From the NCBI GenBank assembly GCA_012295275.1, contig CM022672.1, forward strand, positions 10,664,001 to 10,728,000: 64,000 nt of DNA, read 5' to 3'. The notes under the pieces are model-generated. The model searched no databases. It saw only the letters and a program-made list of their open reading frames with translations, and was not told the origin of the DNA. Positions 12,832 to 26,632 of the stretch are shown here, piece after piece (within the stretch, counting starts at the first letter, position 1; each line of letters begins with the position of its first letter). A program made the position numbers and the translations under genes. Source of the DNA: Chrysomallon squamiferum. Lineage: Eukaryota; Animalia; Mollusca.

Positions 12832-14859
12832 TACATACATGAACAGCAGATAACACACACAATGAATAAGTTTGAGGTGTACCTAAGTTGGAACATGCAA
12901 ACAACAACAAACAACAAAAAAAAATAACATTAGCAAAGGCAATACCAGTAACAACAAAGACAACAACAATAATAATAATAAATTTAGATGTTCAAAGGCC
13001 GCTGTTATCCCATCTTTGTCCTACTATATTTATATTTTATAAACTGTAAAATTTAAGAAATAAAATAATACAAAAATTTAAAAAAAAAAAAAAGAGGAAA
13101 ATTAACATTTAATTTCTAAGACTGTTTTAACAAAAATTAGCAGGTTTGCCACTTTTTATGAACCAAAAATAAAAGAAACCTTGCTGCAAGACATATAAGT
13201 GTAATTAGTTCGCAGAAGAGTTTAAAAATTACAAAATATTAGTAGCAAGAAAAGACAGATGATAAAAATGCTCTAGTGAGATTAGATTGTTTGAACGTTG
13301 TTTTTAAAACCAGTAATTTAAAAATGTTATTAGCAAAGCTTAAATATAACATATAAAAGTAAGAGTTAATAATATAAAGTGTTAGTGTCGTTATAAATAA
13401 TAACAAAACGTAAAGGAAAAAGATTTTGGAAACTAAATAATAGTATGTATGTTTTATATATGTATATGTATATACAACCTCTTTTACTATTAATAATCAT
13501 TAAAACAAAGTATGTATCCTTATTTTAATGAGTAATAATAGAAAAAAAAAGATTGTAATAAATAAACTAGAATAACTGCTTAACTGCCGTAAAGATGTGA
13601 AATGCTGAAAACGTTTTTTTTTTTTTTAATTCTATTTGGGTTTTGGGGTTTTTTTTTCAGGGTTTGGTAGTTGTTGTTTTATTGATTTTTAGTTTTTTAT
13701 TTGTATGTATGTGTGTGTATATATATATATATATATTAATTTTATTTATTTAATTATTTATTTATTTATTTTTTTTTTTTTTTTTTTTTTTTGAGAGTAT
13801 GTGGGAGAGTGTTAAAAGGTAATAATTTTTAAATTAGTTTTTATTTTATTTTTTATTATTATTTTTTAATTTTTATTATTATTTTTTATTTCATTTTATT
13901 TTCTTTTTATGATATTAATTATTTTATTTATACTAAATAACAGCCAAGCTAAAGAATAATAAATAGAAACATTTGGGCTAAATGCTTAACTCCGAATCAC
14001 AATAAACCATAATGCTTATTAATCTTTTGTAATATAATATTACACAGGTGTTAATTAAACGTCTGTTACCATTCAAACACTTTAAAAAAAAAATTTTGGT
14101 TACAGATTAATTTATGGTTATAATTTTTAGATCAACACTGTTTGCTAATCTTTCTCAGAATGTTTCCAATTTATCTAGCAGCCTTCTGATGCCCTGCACA
14201 CAAAAGGTTAATTCTTTTTAATAACTAATTCTAATTTTGCCCACTTATAAACCAGCCCTGGTTCTACATCCCTATGAAGATGTTGGGTGTAATTCCTCAT
14301 AGTCTGAATCAGTACAAATCCCATATTGAGATATGTAAAAATAATGTACAATAAAATCAGTTAACAGATATAAATTATGTTCCTGTCGAGGGTTCCAGTT
14401 ATTATATATTAAATAGCAATAGCCATATTTCCCATTTTCCTTTATAAGTAACCATAATTCCCCCTAATAGGTCATGGTTAGCAGAATGACCTAAAATACC
14501 TTTTTTCTCCATAGATGGGTCTCTTGCCCATAGGGCTTACTCCCATTTGGTTGAATTCCCACTTGTCGAAGTGCTAAAACAACAACAGTGGTCTTACTGA
14601 CATGCATGTTGTTACCTCAGTCAGTATAATGAACTGTTCCAGATTATTTGGAAACCGATTATTATTGTATAGATGATATGGATGTCACTTATCACATAAA
14701 GTATCCAAATATGACAAATATCGAAAAAATCCATGCACTGAATGGAGTGATTGTCTGTAATTGACTAAAAACGAAGGTATTCATCTAAAAAAAAAAATTA
14801 AAAATGTTTTTATATACTCAAGAGGCCATGGAGAACATATATTGGTAAATGAACATTTG

Positions 14860-15413
14860 TATATAAAACGAATTGTTCGTAAACCGAATTGTACGTAAAC
14901 CGAAGCGATGGCAGACACCCGAACATCACTCTCATAATTTTCAATTATTTCTCTCTTAACCTCTACTGTGATACGTTTATACTTTCCACCAGCACTATCG
15001 CTTTCACTTTTTGTTTTCAAGGGCGCCATATTGAAAGGGTAAGATAAAAATATATATATATATACACGTAAAAGCAGAAACACTTTAAAAAAGGCGAGCG
15101 AACAATCTCAATGCAAAAAGCTATTGAATTGCAACTGCGTATCGAAGACTAAAGGCCCTAATTAATTATATAAATTTGTTACAGGGCATGCCTATAATCC
15201 TTACTTTGACCTCGGTTTTGACTTAAGCATCTATTTTTATCTTTACTAGATGTTGACGTCAAAACCGACGTCAAAGGAAAGCTTGTCATGACGCGTCGCT
15301 ATAGTTCGTAATTCGGGACATTATTTGTAAACCGAGACAAAAATTGCCCAAGATCACGGTTCGTAATCTGATTTATTTGTGCATCGAGGGGTTCGAAATC
15401 CGAGGTTCCACTG
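14860..15413 (-). mobile_element. Tigger/pogo-like remnant, copy 2
   Basis: TA|CAGTGGAACCTCGG terminus at 15413; MAPLKTKSESDSAGGKYKRITVEVKREIIENYESDVRVSAIASVY. Paralog of 5223-5777. Confidence 0.8.
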
Positions 15414-16072
15414 TACAAAGTTTTATTCACAAAAGAAATTATGAAAAACTATGAAGAGGCCATAAACAGATAATCAAATTTATGTATATTGATAAATAAA
15501 CTATTGTCCGTCTATAATCAAAACTTGTATGAACACCAAGAGGCCATGTTTATTACATACAGAGGTAATCAGAAAAAAATAAAAATAATAATAAATATAA
15601 AATATACATTTGAAAAATAATAATAAAAATAAAAATTACATATTCACTGAAATAAGTTTATTTAATTTCCGAAACCCTTTTCAGACCATCTTTACGTTCG
15701 TTAGACAACACTGCAAAAAAATCCGGTTTTTAAATCCAAAAATAATAATAAAATGAAATAATCTAAATAATAGTAAGAAGTATAACATCAATAAAAAGAA
15801 CAACAATTATAGTGTAAAAAAGAAACAACCAAACAATAATAATAATATCCATTTTTTTTTTTTTTTTTTTTTTTTATTTGGTTGTTGTTGTTTTTTTGGT
15901 TTCTTTGCGGTTTTTTTCTACAAATTTGTACATATTAGGAAAGAGGAATACTTATTTTTTATAATTATTTTTTATATTTCTTTTTTTTCTTTTTTTTTTT
16001 TTTTCTTTTATTTGTTTATTTTATTTTTTTTTTTTTATTTTTTATTTTTTTGTTATTTTGTTATTATAATCG

Positions 16073-16127
<55 letters not shown>

Positions 16128-16615
16128 TATTTGAACATACAGAATTTAAAACACAGTTGATTGCCTTTCTCCACAATTGTTTATTATTGTTATTTATAAC
16201 ATTTTAACGCTCGGAAACAAAAGCATATATATAAAATAAAAAGTATCTGAAAAAACGGGCTTTTTTCCCCCTGTTTATAGCAACATGTTTAACCATATCT
16301 CTGGGTTGCATTTGGATGTACACAGTAACTTATATTTAAATAAAACAAATAAATATACAGTGTCAAAAAAAAGGAAAATAATCCTGGATCTTCGTAACAC
16401 ATAACTAATACCAAGGGCAAAACCAGAGCTGAACAGTTCAACACACAAACCACAGCAGTGTTATGGAAATGCATCTGGCCAGCAATGGAGATAACTCTTC
16501 GTAAAACAAAAAATTAATAATAATAATAATAACTGCTTTTGAATGCAAATAATATTCTCTAATCGTTTATTACGTTTTATTTTACTATTATTATTTAATT
16601 TCTAATTTTTCCCTT

Positions 16616-17047
16616 CTAACATATCTTAGACACCAGTTTCGTTAAGCTATCTTCGTCATCGACATCGTTGTTCGCTGCGACGTTGTTGGTCTGAGACGTC
16701 GACACCGTTGGTGACTTTTTATTCAACGAATTTGGAATCGGGTGACAAGGACTGGCGACGACTGCGATGATTTCAGAGAACCTCACGCGCTTCTTCTGCT
16801 TGGTAAGGAAACTCTTTCCTCTCTTGTTTCGTAGAATGGACTTCAGTTTCTTCGGTATGCAGTCTTTGGCTTTGAGACTTTTGTTCACGCCACCATAGCG
16901 TTTCTTGGGAAGTTGACGAGAAGGAGGCTCTGAGTCTACTGTGACGTTCTCGAGCTGAGACGCTAGCTCCTTCACGCTGTTTTCTCCTATGACGCCGAGC
17001 TTGTCTACTGATGTACTGTTTTGTGGACTGTCATCTTGGTTCCCCAT
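16616..17047 (-). CDS. Orphan 143-aa putative PP1-interacting protein (SILK + RVxF motifs)
   Basis: Non-repetitive, GC-elevated ORF after a tttttttcag acceptor (exon start ~17065): MGNQDDSPQ...KKLKSILRNKRGKSFLTKQKKRVRFSEIIAVVASP...LVSKIC*. Start codon inferred; family not recognised. Confidence 0.75.
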   Translation of the reverse strand: MGNQDDSPQNSTSVDKLGVIGENSVKELASQLENVTVDSEPPSRQLPKKRYGGVNKSLKAKDCIPKKLKSILRNKRGKSFLTKQKKRVRFSEIIAVVASPCHPIPNSLNKKSPTVSTSQTNNVAANNDVDDEDSLTKLVSKIC

Positions 17048-17467
17048 TGATTTAACACTGAACTGCTGAAAAAAACACAAAATAAAACAAAAAACATTTC
17101 GTAACTAAATTAAAAGATAAATGGAAGTACGTTTTAAGTCTAACGCTTTATGAAATTTTTATTTATTTATTTATTTACTTAGTTACTTACTTACTTACTT
17201 AGTTATGAAATGATAATTAAAATAATTAATAAAACTGGTCTCAAACTACAACACTGATAAATAAATAAATAAATAAATAAACAAACAAACAAAGAAAACA
17301 AACAAATAAATAAATAACAGACTGCGTTAAATTAACATGTAAGGAAAATAAATGTATTATTTATTTATTTATTTATTTATTCATTTATTCATTTATCAGT
17401 ATGTTTATTATGGAAAAGTTATAAAAAGAATAATAAAATTAGATACAACGAGTCGATCAAATACTAA

Positions 17468-17510
<43 letters not shown>

Positions 17511-17953
17511 TTTTTACTATTATTTTTATTATTATTATTATTAAAAGATATTTTAGAATAAGGACACGGTAAGAATAAGACAGAATATAAAGGTACATAT
17601 CCCACAGAAAATTATAAACTCCATTAAATAAAATGTTATATGATTCCCATTCCATTATTCACTAGATTTGCTGATATATCTTAAATGTATTTAAATCAGA
17701 TAATTCCAGATTATACTACGGGTTTGTACGCATGTAATGGTAGGTGTAAATATGTATCAAAATATTTTTATATAATAATGGTAATGCACAAGTCCAATTG
17801 TTAAAATATTTGACAGCATTTGAAAACGTTTCATGCGTTGTCGATTTTAAAATTTTAAATTCTTGAAATTCTAGGATTATAATGTAACTTTTTGAAAGTG
17901 AATAATAAATTTAATTTAATAAACATGAATGTGTAAATTAATATTAAGATTAC

Positions 17954-18131
17954 CTTTCATCGCCAGAAAACTTAATGTCCACATGTGACGTCACTGTTTT
18001 GTTCATAGTAATAAAAGATGACAGTACGAGATTTGACGAAACGTATTGTTGTTATGTATCTCAAAACAACTTCGCTCCATTTCAGTTGATCTTGAAATAA
18101 TGCATTTTGATGGCAAGTCCTTTCTGATACA
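17954..18131 (-). other. Candidate 5'-UTR exon of the SILK/RVxF gene
   Basis: Complex sequence bounded by ttttttgttcag and GAAAG/gtaatc on the minus strand; its ATGs do not join the main ORF in frame. Confidence 0.5.
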
Positions 18132-18487
18132 CTGAACAAAAAAACCAAAAAAAACAATGAAATAATATATATATATATATATAAAATTGTTTAATTATTT
18201 AATTGTTGACCGACATGATTATGCTGTAAAATAACGCTGAATGGTACTTAATATGTATTTATAAAAAGAAGCTGACTTCTGTTGTTAAATGAAAATGTAT
18301 ATCTCCGATCGTGAAATTCTTATCTTATTACTTTTGTTTTAAAAATAATAAAAATAATAATAAATAGATAACAGAAAGTAAGATGATAGTGTTTTCAATC
18401 TCAAAATAGACAAAAAGTCACTGGTATTATTAATAAAATAATTGTTATAAATATTAAAACTGATTATTTATCTGTTTACTTACTTAC

Positions 18488-18530
<43 letters not shown>

Positions 18531-19117
18531 TTTTATATATTCATATAATTATTAACGATATTTTTATAACTGATAACATAAGATTATCAATAATATTTGG
18601 ATATTTCTATTTTTATTAATTTCATTAACTGTTAACAATTTTCAGATGAATATTAACAATGTTCTTACGAATTAACTTATTCAGCCAATCAGAAAATGTC
18701 AGATATATAAATTGTTACTGAATCTTTTCACTTAATAACAGAACATTTTATTTATTTATTTTAATTAATGCGATAATTCCTTAATATAAACCTGTTTTCC
18801 TCAAATGAATTATAAATAAACAGAATAGAATAGCATAATATAATGCAATATAATATAATATAATATAATATATTTTAATATAATATAATATAATATAATA
18901 TAATATAATATCCATACAATATAATACGATATAATATAATATCATATTAATAATATAACAAATAAATTAAATTAAATTAATTTAGATTTACAAACGAAAC
19001 AAACAAAAACAAATAAATAACAAAATATAATTAAATTAACTTAAAATAATACTTTTGAATAAGACCTTTTTAGAAAAAAAAGTAATTATAATAATAACAA
19101 CAACAACAACAACAACG

Positions 19118-19170
<53 letters not shown>

Positions 19171-19590
19171 AATAAATAAATAAATAATACTGTTAATGTG
19201 CTCGTGATTGATTTTCTGTCCTAACCTATCATCTCGTGAATAATGGAGATTTGGTTGTTTTCAAACCTCTGATTGTGGACATAATTAAGCTTATGATAAA
19301 GGAAACATATTTGCCTTTGGCTATCTCTTCCATTAAATGTAACAGTCAAACATCTGTGACGTATCTTTCGAGTCACACTGGTTGGAGCGGGCAATTGCAC
19401 AATAGGGTACTATTCTTACTCACTGTTCCATGTCATTTCTGATGTCACCGTTATGTGTGCCATTTTTAATTATCTTGATTTTTCGGCATTCTTTCTGATT
19501 GTTTCATACTTTTCTTTGTTTGCTCTTTACATTCATTATGATCAGATAGTTTTATTTTCCTTTTTGGTAAGTATTAATAGTAGTAGTAAC

Positions 19591-19675
<85 letters not shown>

Positions 19676-19677
19676 AC

Positions 19678-19712
<35 letters not shown>

Positions 19713-20896
19713 TGGTAGTGGTGGTATTAGTAGTAGTATTAGTACTAGTGGTGGTAGTGGTGTTGATGGTGGTCGTCGTAGTAGTGGTGATGGTGGGGTA
19801 TAGCAGCAATAACAGCAACGGCAATGGAAGTAATAAAAGTAACAACAGCAGTGGTAGCAACAGCAGCAACAGCAGTGGAAGCAATAGTATAGTAGGAGCA
19901 GAAAGAGCGGAACCAGTAGTAGCAGTAACTGTAGAAATAGTTGCCATAGTCGTTGTAGCAATAGTACTACTGTTGATGTTGCTGCTGTTGTAACACAAAT
20001 ATCAAGTCGCTAGTTTTCCGAATACACGATAATTCACTAAATAGATGTTCTAAATACGTTATGTTTACAGTTATTTAATATGTTTATGTCCTAGTCTTTT
20101 TATAGATTAGTTCGTTAGTTTACACTGTAAAGAACCCTTGAACTTACTTAGTAATATTATTATTATTATTGTTGTTGTTGTTTGTTTACATACAGACAAA
20201 ATAAACGAGAATTCGCTATAAATACGTTCTAAATACATTTATTTGATTATTTATTTACATACAAAACAAGTACACAAATACCTGAGAAATTATTAAATAT
20301 ACGTTCTAAATTTCTGAATATATTATTTTGTTATTTATTTACACACCTAAAACTCCCCCTAAACTGTTATATCAGTATTTCCACGATTTATTCTATTGCT
20401 ACCTTTGTTTTCAGAGATTTCAGAAACTACATCAAGATTTTACGTATCTTTCTGTCCACTGCATTTTAGCCGGTTCCATTCATAACTGTGTTCCATCTTC
20501 TCTTTAACGTGTAAATGAAAACAAGTATGAAATAACGCTTTGAGTGAAGTGTAAAACTGTATCCTAGGCAACTACGAGTCTCGTAAACAGCAGTCGATAC
20601 GTCAGCCTCTGACTGCACACAGGGATATATAATATATAAAATAAAGTAAGCTTTATACTCCGTTTTGTTAACAAAGCAGAGTAATAAACATTTAACCGCA
20701 AATTAGCTGGTGATAAAACAGCGTGAATAGAAAAGAAATTATTATTTAATTTCGTTGACGTTCCCATTTGAATGCCATTTTTATTAATTTTTTCTTTATT
20801 ACATCCAATTATAATAATAATAATAATTGCGTGTCTGTGCGCGGGTGTTTGAAGAAATGAAACAGATATAAACATTTTCACAGATAGCATGATGAA

Positions 20897-20993
<97 letters not shown>

Positions 20994-21003
20994 CTGTAAT
21001 AAA

Positions 21004-21034
<31 letters not shown>

Positions 21035-22637
21035 TGTTTTCTGTTTCAGTTCTTCTTTTTTTTTTCAATTTTTATTTATTTATTTATTTATTTATTTTGT
21101 TTGTTTTGTTTCACCCACTATTGGTATTATTATTATTAATCAGTTTAATAAATTTCGTTTTATATTCGGTTACGTATCAGCATGAACATTATACAGACAA
21201 TCGGCGCCCGTAATCAACAGCTTGAATTTGCTCGCTTTGCGGAAGCTTTGTACACCAAGAGCAGGCGAGCGTGGACCTACATTCATCTCGCCACATTATT
21301 AAATCGCATGAAAACCTTATCAGTTAATAGAAGTGACATTTTCTGTCCTGTTTGCGCTGTTATTAATTATTTCACAAAGCTTCCGTAAATAACTCTTTAG
21401 ATTAGACACATCAGTTGGCACCGAGCAGAGCGCTTTTCCCGTGCTTTAACCGCGTGATTGGCCGGAATTGTGACAATTGATCAGAGATAACGGTATTCCC
21501 GTTCATTACATATTGCCGCGTTAACAAAAGATACGCGCGGAAGGAAAGGTAATTGAAAAAAAGTACGGGACACCGTTAGGACCACCATTTGACACATTTA
21601 GTTGACATCACGCCGCGTGTATTTTTTATCTTCGTTTTAAAACTGTGTCTTCGGATGTGGGTGAATTGAAGGTTTTCTGTTATTTATTTTATTTCATTTT
21701 ATTTATTTACTCACTCACTTACGTAGCTTTTTTCTTCTTCTTCTTTCAATGTAAGATACCAGTTAATAAACAATAAAACAGAATAACCTCATTAAAGATG
21801 GATAGATAGCAAGTTATCACGTGATATGTGTGTCTGTGTGTATGTTTGTGTATTTGCGTGTGTCTGTGTATGTGTGTGTGCGCGCGCTATATGACAACAG
21901 AATATAAATATAATTTTTAGGAGACACAGAATACATAGATTTACTAAAACTTGATTTAAATAAAAGTTACAATGACCAACTGTCTGAATGCTTTTTGCAC
22001 ATTAGTGTCATTTGATAAGTCTAATGTGAGTCGGAGGGTTTGCAGCAATATCAGTTTCTGTTATACTTTACGTTACCTTTAGTCATTGCTATAACGATAT
22101 AATTTATATAACAGCTATATATTTCAGTTATTACTATAACAGTATATCTTATCTGTTCTTTATATTTACACTACAGTATCCTAAATGTGTGGCGTCTGTA
22201 AACTTACTTCAGTACCATGTACTAAGTCACTGGCTTAAATAAATATACTTCAGCAGTAAATTTACTAGGTCATTGGCTTAAATAAATATACTTCAGTAAA
22301 TATATTAAGTCACTGGATTAAATGATACTTCAATAAACTTACTTAAACACAGGCTTACGTATACTTCAATAAGTATACTTCAATAAGTATACTTCAATAC
22401 ATAAACTTCAATAAATTCACTAAGTCACTGGCTTCAGTAAATGTACTTCAATAAACCCACTTAGTCACTGGCTTCAGTACATTTATTATTTTATGGCTTC
22501 GATAAACTTACTAATTTTTTGCTTCAATAAATACACTTCACTAAATTTTCTTAGTCTCCGGCTTTCAGTAAATATATTTAATAAACTTTACCAAGACTCT
22601 GGCTAGACGTTTATAATTTGTGCTTTGAACGGTGTTT

Positions 22638-22759
22638 CGTGTTGTGTAAATTTTATGTAAATGTAATGGGTTCGCTGGATAAGTGTGGTTCAGTTCCACG
22701 TGTTGTGTAAATTTTATGTAAATGTAATGGGTTCGCTGGATAAGTGTGGTTCAGTTCCA
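22638..22759. repeat. Perfect 61-bp tandem duplication
   Basis: cgtgttgtgtaaattttatgtaaatgtaatgggttcgctggataagtgtggttcagttcca x2. Confidence 0.9.
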
Positions 22760-24039
22760 CCTAAGGCGACTACAAAGCCTCGCGAGTTACACAACAATAG
22801 ACGAGCTTTCCGTTGATCGTGTACTGCAGGCCGAGCAGCGGGTGTGGTATCTGCAAAGCGTGTACTCTGGTATGTGTGGGAAACGCCCGTAGAGAAAAGG
22901 CATAATCATGGTAATGTGCAGGTAAAAAAAAAAAAGGTGAAAAAAAAAAATAAAAAAATAAAAAAATAAAAAAATTATATATATATATATTCTTGTTGTT
23001 GTTTAATCTGATTTTCAAAGTCAATTATTTTATTTAATTAGAAAAACAAACCAAAAAAAAAACAACCCCAAAAAACAACAAAAATAATGGTATGAAAAGT
23101 AAAATTTATGCTTGTGGATGGATGGATGGATGGATGGATGGATTGGGAATACAAACGAAAGAATTCATGTGAGCAAGGGCTAGATTAACCATTAAGCAAA
23201 AATTAACCCATGCTTAGAGCATCAATGGAAGAGGGTCACCTTGAAAAATTTCCATTACTGGATTTATTATGGATAATCTGTACAACCTGTCAATCTTGGA
23301 GTAACCGCTAAGCATAACAAGCGCTTCCACATAGGTTTAGATATATAGTGCTGTCTTTGTCTTGTTTTATTATGAAGGATTTATGTTTTATCCTGCATCA
23401 TCTGTTAGATATAATAAGCATGGACCTACGGCATTACACGAAGCAAATTGGACATCAAAACAGTATAAAAAAAATAAAAAAAAAGACAACAAAATTTAAA
23501 TGTGCTTTGGCCCTGCATTTCTCTCTCTCTCTCTATCTCTCTCTGTCTGTGTGAGTGTCTGTTTGTTCATTTGTGTCAATAAATAGATGATCAGACATTG
23601 AAATGTTGTGAGATTCACATTAAACGTTTATTCATTCATTTACAGTTATACGATAGTTAAATCTGTGCATTATGTACACAACCTAGAAATGCATATTAAC
23701 TTGATCACATATATTTATTTGCCTGTTCTTGTCATCATCATCACCACCATAGTCATCATTGTTACTATTATTATTATCATCATCATTATTACCATCATCA
23801 TTATGATCATCATTATGATTATTAGTGTTGTGTTGTTGCTGAAATTTTTGTCGTTTAGGTTATTGTTGTTGATGCTGTTGTTATTATCATTATTATTTTT
23901 ATATTTGTTTTATCCTTATTATTATTATTATTACTGTTGTTGTTGTTGATAACATTATTATTACTATTATTATTATTATTACTATTATTATTATTACTAT
24001 TACTATTATTATTATTAATATTACTATTATTATTATTAC

Positions 24040-24081
<42 letters not shown>

Positions 24082-24086
24082 TACTA

Positions 24087-24145
<59 letters not shown>

Positions 24146-24149
24146 TTTA

Positions 24150-24193
<44 letters not shown>

Positions 24194-25106
24194 TACTATT
24201 ATTATTATTACTACTATTATTATTAATAATACACTTTCACAAAGCTAGCAATCCAGAAAAGTCAATATTTGTTGTGACATGCAACATGTTCATCTAACAG
24301 GGAGAAAAAAGCGTAATTACGATTTATTGTGACAGTGATTGAGAACTGTTTAAATTATATTAATTTCTCTTATTTCTCACACCTGTTGTTCGCTTCCTCT
24401 GTCTGTTTACCTGAGGCCATTGCTAAAAGTTACACTCTGCTAAGCGCAAGATTTTGCGATTACGTAGCGATGACCCAAATGTGTCCGCAAGACTGTTTGT
24501 TTTTGTTTGTTTGTTTGAATGTTTTTCTTTTTGTTTTTTGTTTTGTTTTATTTGTTTTTGGTTTTATTTTTATTTTAGTTTATTTTATTTTTTTAATGTA
24601 TTTACATTTTTTATATATATATATACTATTTGTTTATTTATGTTTATTTATTTCATTTTTTATTATTTATTTATCTGTTTATTTATTCATTTATTTGTTT
24701 GTTTCATTTTAACTTTTAAGTATGTTAAAAAAAAATCTCTTTATTTATTTAAAATTTGTTTCTATCTATCTATCTAAATCTGAATATGAAACAATTTTTA
24801 TTTATAAATACATAACCCAGATGGTCAGATTTATAGACAAAATACATTATGTAACATGTACAAACTCGAAGTCAGTTCTGATAATGGTATCTTTTCTGCT
24901 GTTCTTTCAGACTGGTGTAATGATTTTATGTTATTTCACAACAGTAATTAATATCTCGTGTCAGTGAGTAGTTTTGTTACTGCTTTTCGCCTCTACAATC
25001 TACGTAGGATAATAATGCAAGGACATGGAAATTAGCTATGAGATAAAAACGTGAAAATCATAATACACCCTGAATGCTGTCTTTAAATTTTGTAAGAAAT
25101 TATCCC

Positions 25107-26632
25107 GATGTTCACACCCTGATACTCACTCGCAGATATTCACAACCTGATACTCACTCGCAGATATTCACAACCTGATACTCACTCGCAGATATTCACA
25201 CAACGATACTCACTAGCTGATATTCACACCCTGATACTCACTAGCTGATATTCACACCCTGATACTCACTAGCTGATATTCACACCCTGATACTCACTCG
25301 CTGATATTCACACCCTGATACTCACTCGCTGATATTCACACCCTGGCACTCACTCGCAGATATTCACAACCTGATACTCACTCGCAGATATTCACACCCT
25401 GACACTTACTAGCTGATATTCACACCCTGATACTCACTCGCAGATATTCACACCCTGACACTCACTAGCTGATATTCACACCCTGATACTCACTCGCAGA
25501 TATTCACACCCTGACACTCACTCGCTGATATTCACACCCTGATACTCACTCGCAGATATTCACACCCTGGCACTCACTCGCAGATATTCACACCCTGGCA
25601 CTCACTCGCTGATATTCACACCCTGGCACTCACTCGCAGATATTCACACCCTGGCACTCACTCGCAGATATTCACACCCTGGCACTCACTCGCTGATATT
25701 CACACCCTGACACTCACTCGCTGATATTCACACCCTGACACTCACTCGCTGATATTCACACCCTGACACTCACTCGCTGATATTCACACCCTGACACTCA
25801 CTCGCTGATATTCACACCCTGACACTCACTCGCTGATATTCACACCCTGACACTCACTCGCAGATATTCACACCCTGATACTCACTCGCAGATATTCACA
25901 CCCTGACACTCACTCGCTGATATTCACACCCTGATACTCACTCGCAGATATTCACACCCTGATACTCACTCGCTGATATTCACACAACGATACTCACTCG
26001 CCGATATTCACACCCTGATACTCACTAGCTGATATTCACACCCTGATACCCACTCGTTGATATTCACACCCTGACACTCACTCGCTGATATTCACACAAC
26101 GATACTCACTAGCTGATATTCACACCCTGATACTCACTCGCAGATATTCACACCCTGATACTCACTCGCAGATATTCACACCCTGACACTCACTCGCAGA
26201 TATTCACACCCTGACACTCACTCGCAGATATTCACACCCTGATACTCACTCGCAGATATTCACACCCTGACACTCACTCGCAGATATTTACACCCTGACA
26301 CTCACTAGCAGATATTCACACCCTGACACTCACTCGCAGATATTCACACCCTGACACTCACTCGCAGATATTCACACCCTGACACTCACTCGCTGATATT
26401 CACACCCTGATACTCACTCGCTGATATTCACACCCTGACACTCACTCGCTGATATTCACACCCTGATACTCACTCGCCGATATTCACACCCTGACACTCA
26501 CTCGCAGATATTCACACCCTGACACTCACTCGCAGATATTCACACCCTGACACTCACTCGCAGATATTCACACCCTGACACTCACTCGCTGATATTCACA
26601 CCCTGATACTCACTCGCAGATATTCACAGTCT
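25107..26632. repeat. Minisatellite, 28-bp unit, about 54 copies
   Basis: GATATTCACACCCT-GA(T/C)ACTCACTCGC(A/T) head to tail; a dimer of related 14-mers. Confidence 0.95.

Larger units (their letters stand above)
11065..16682 (+). repeat. Segmental duplication copy A'
   Basis: Direct repeat of 578-7080, starting in an expanded (AAT)n tract at ~10810-11065 and running on into unique sequence after 16682. Confidence 0.95.
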
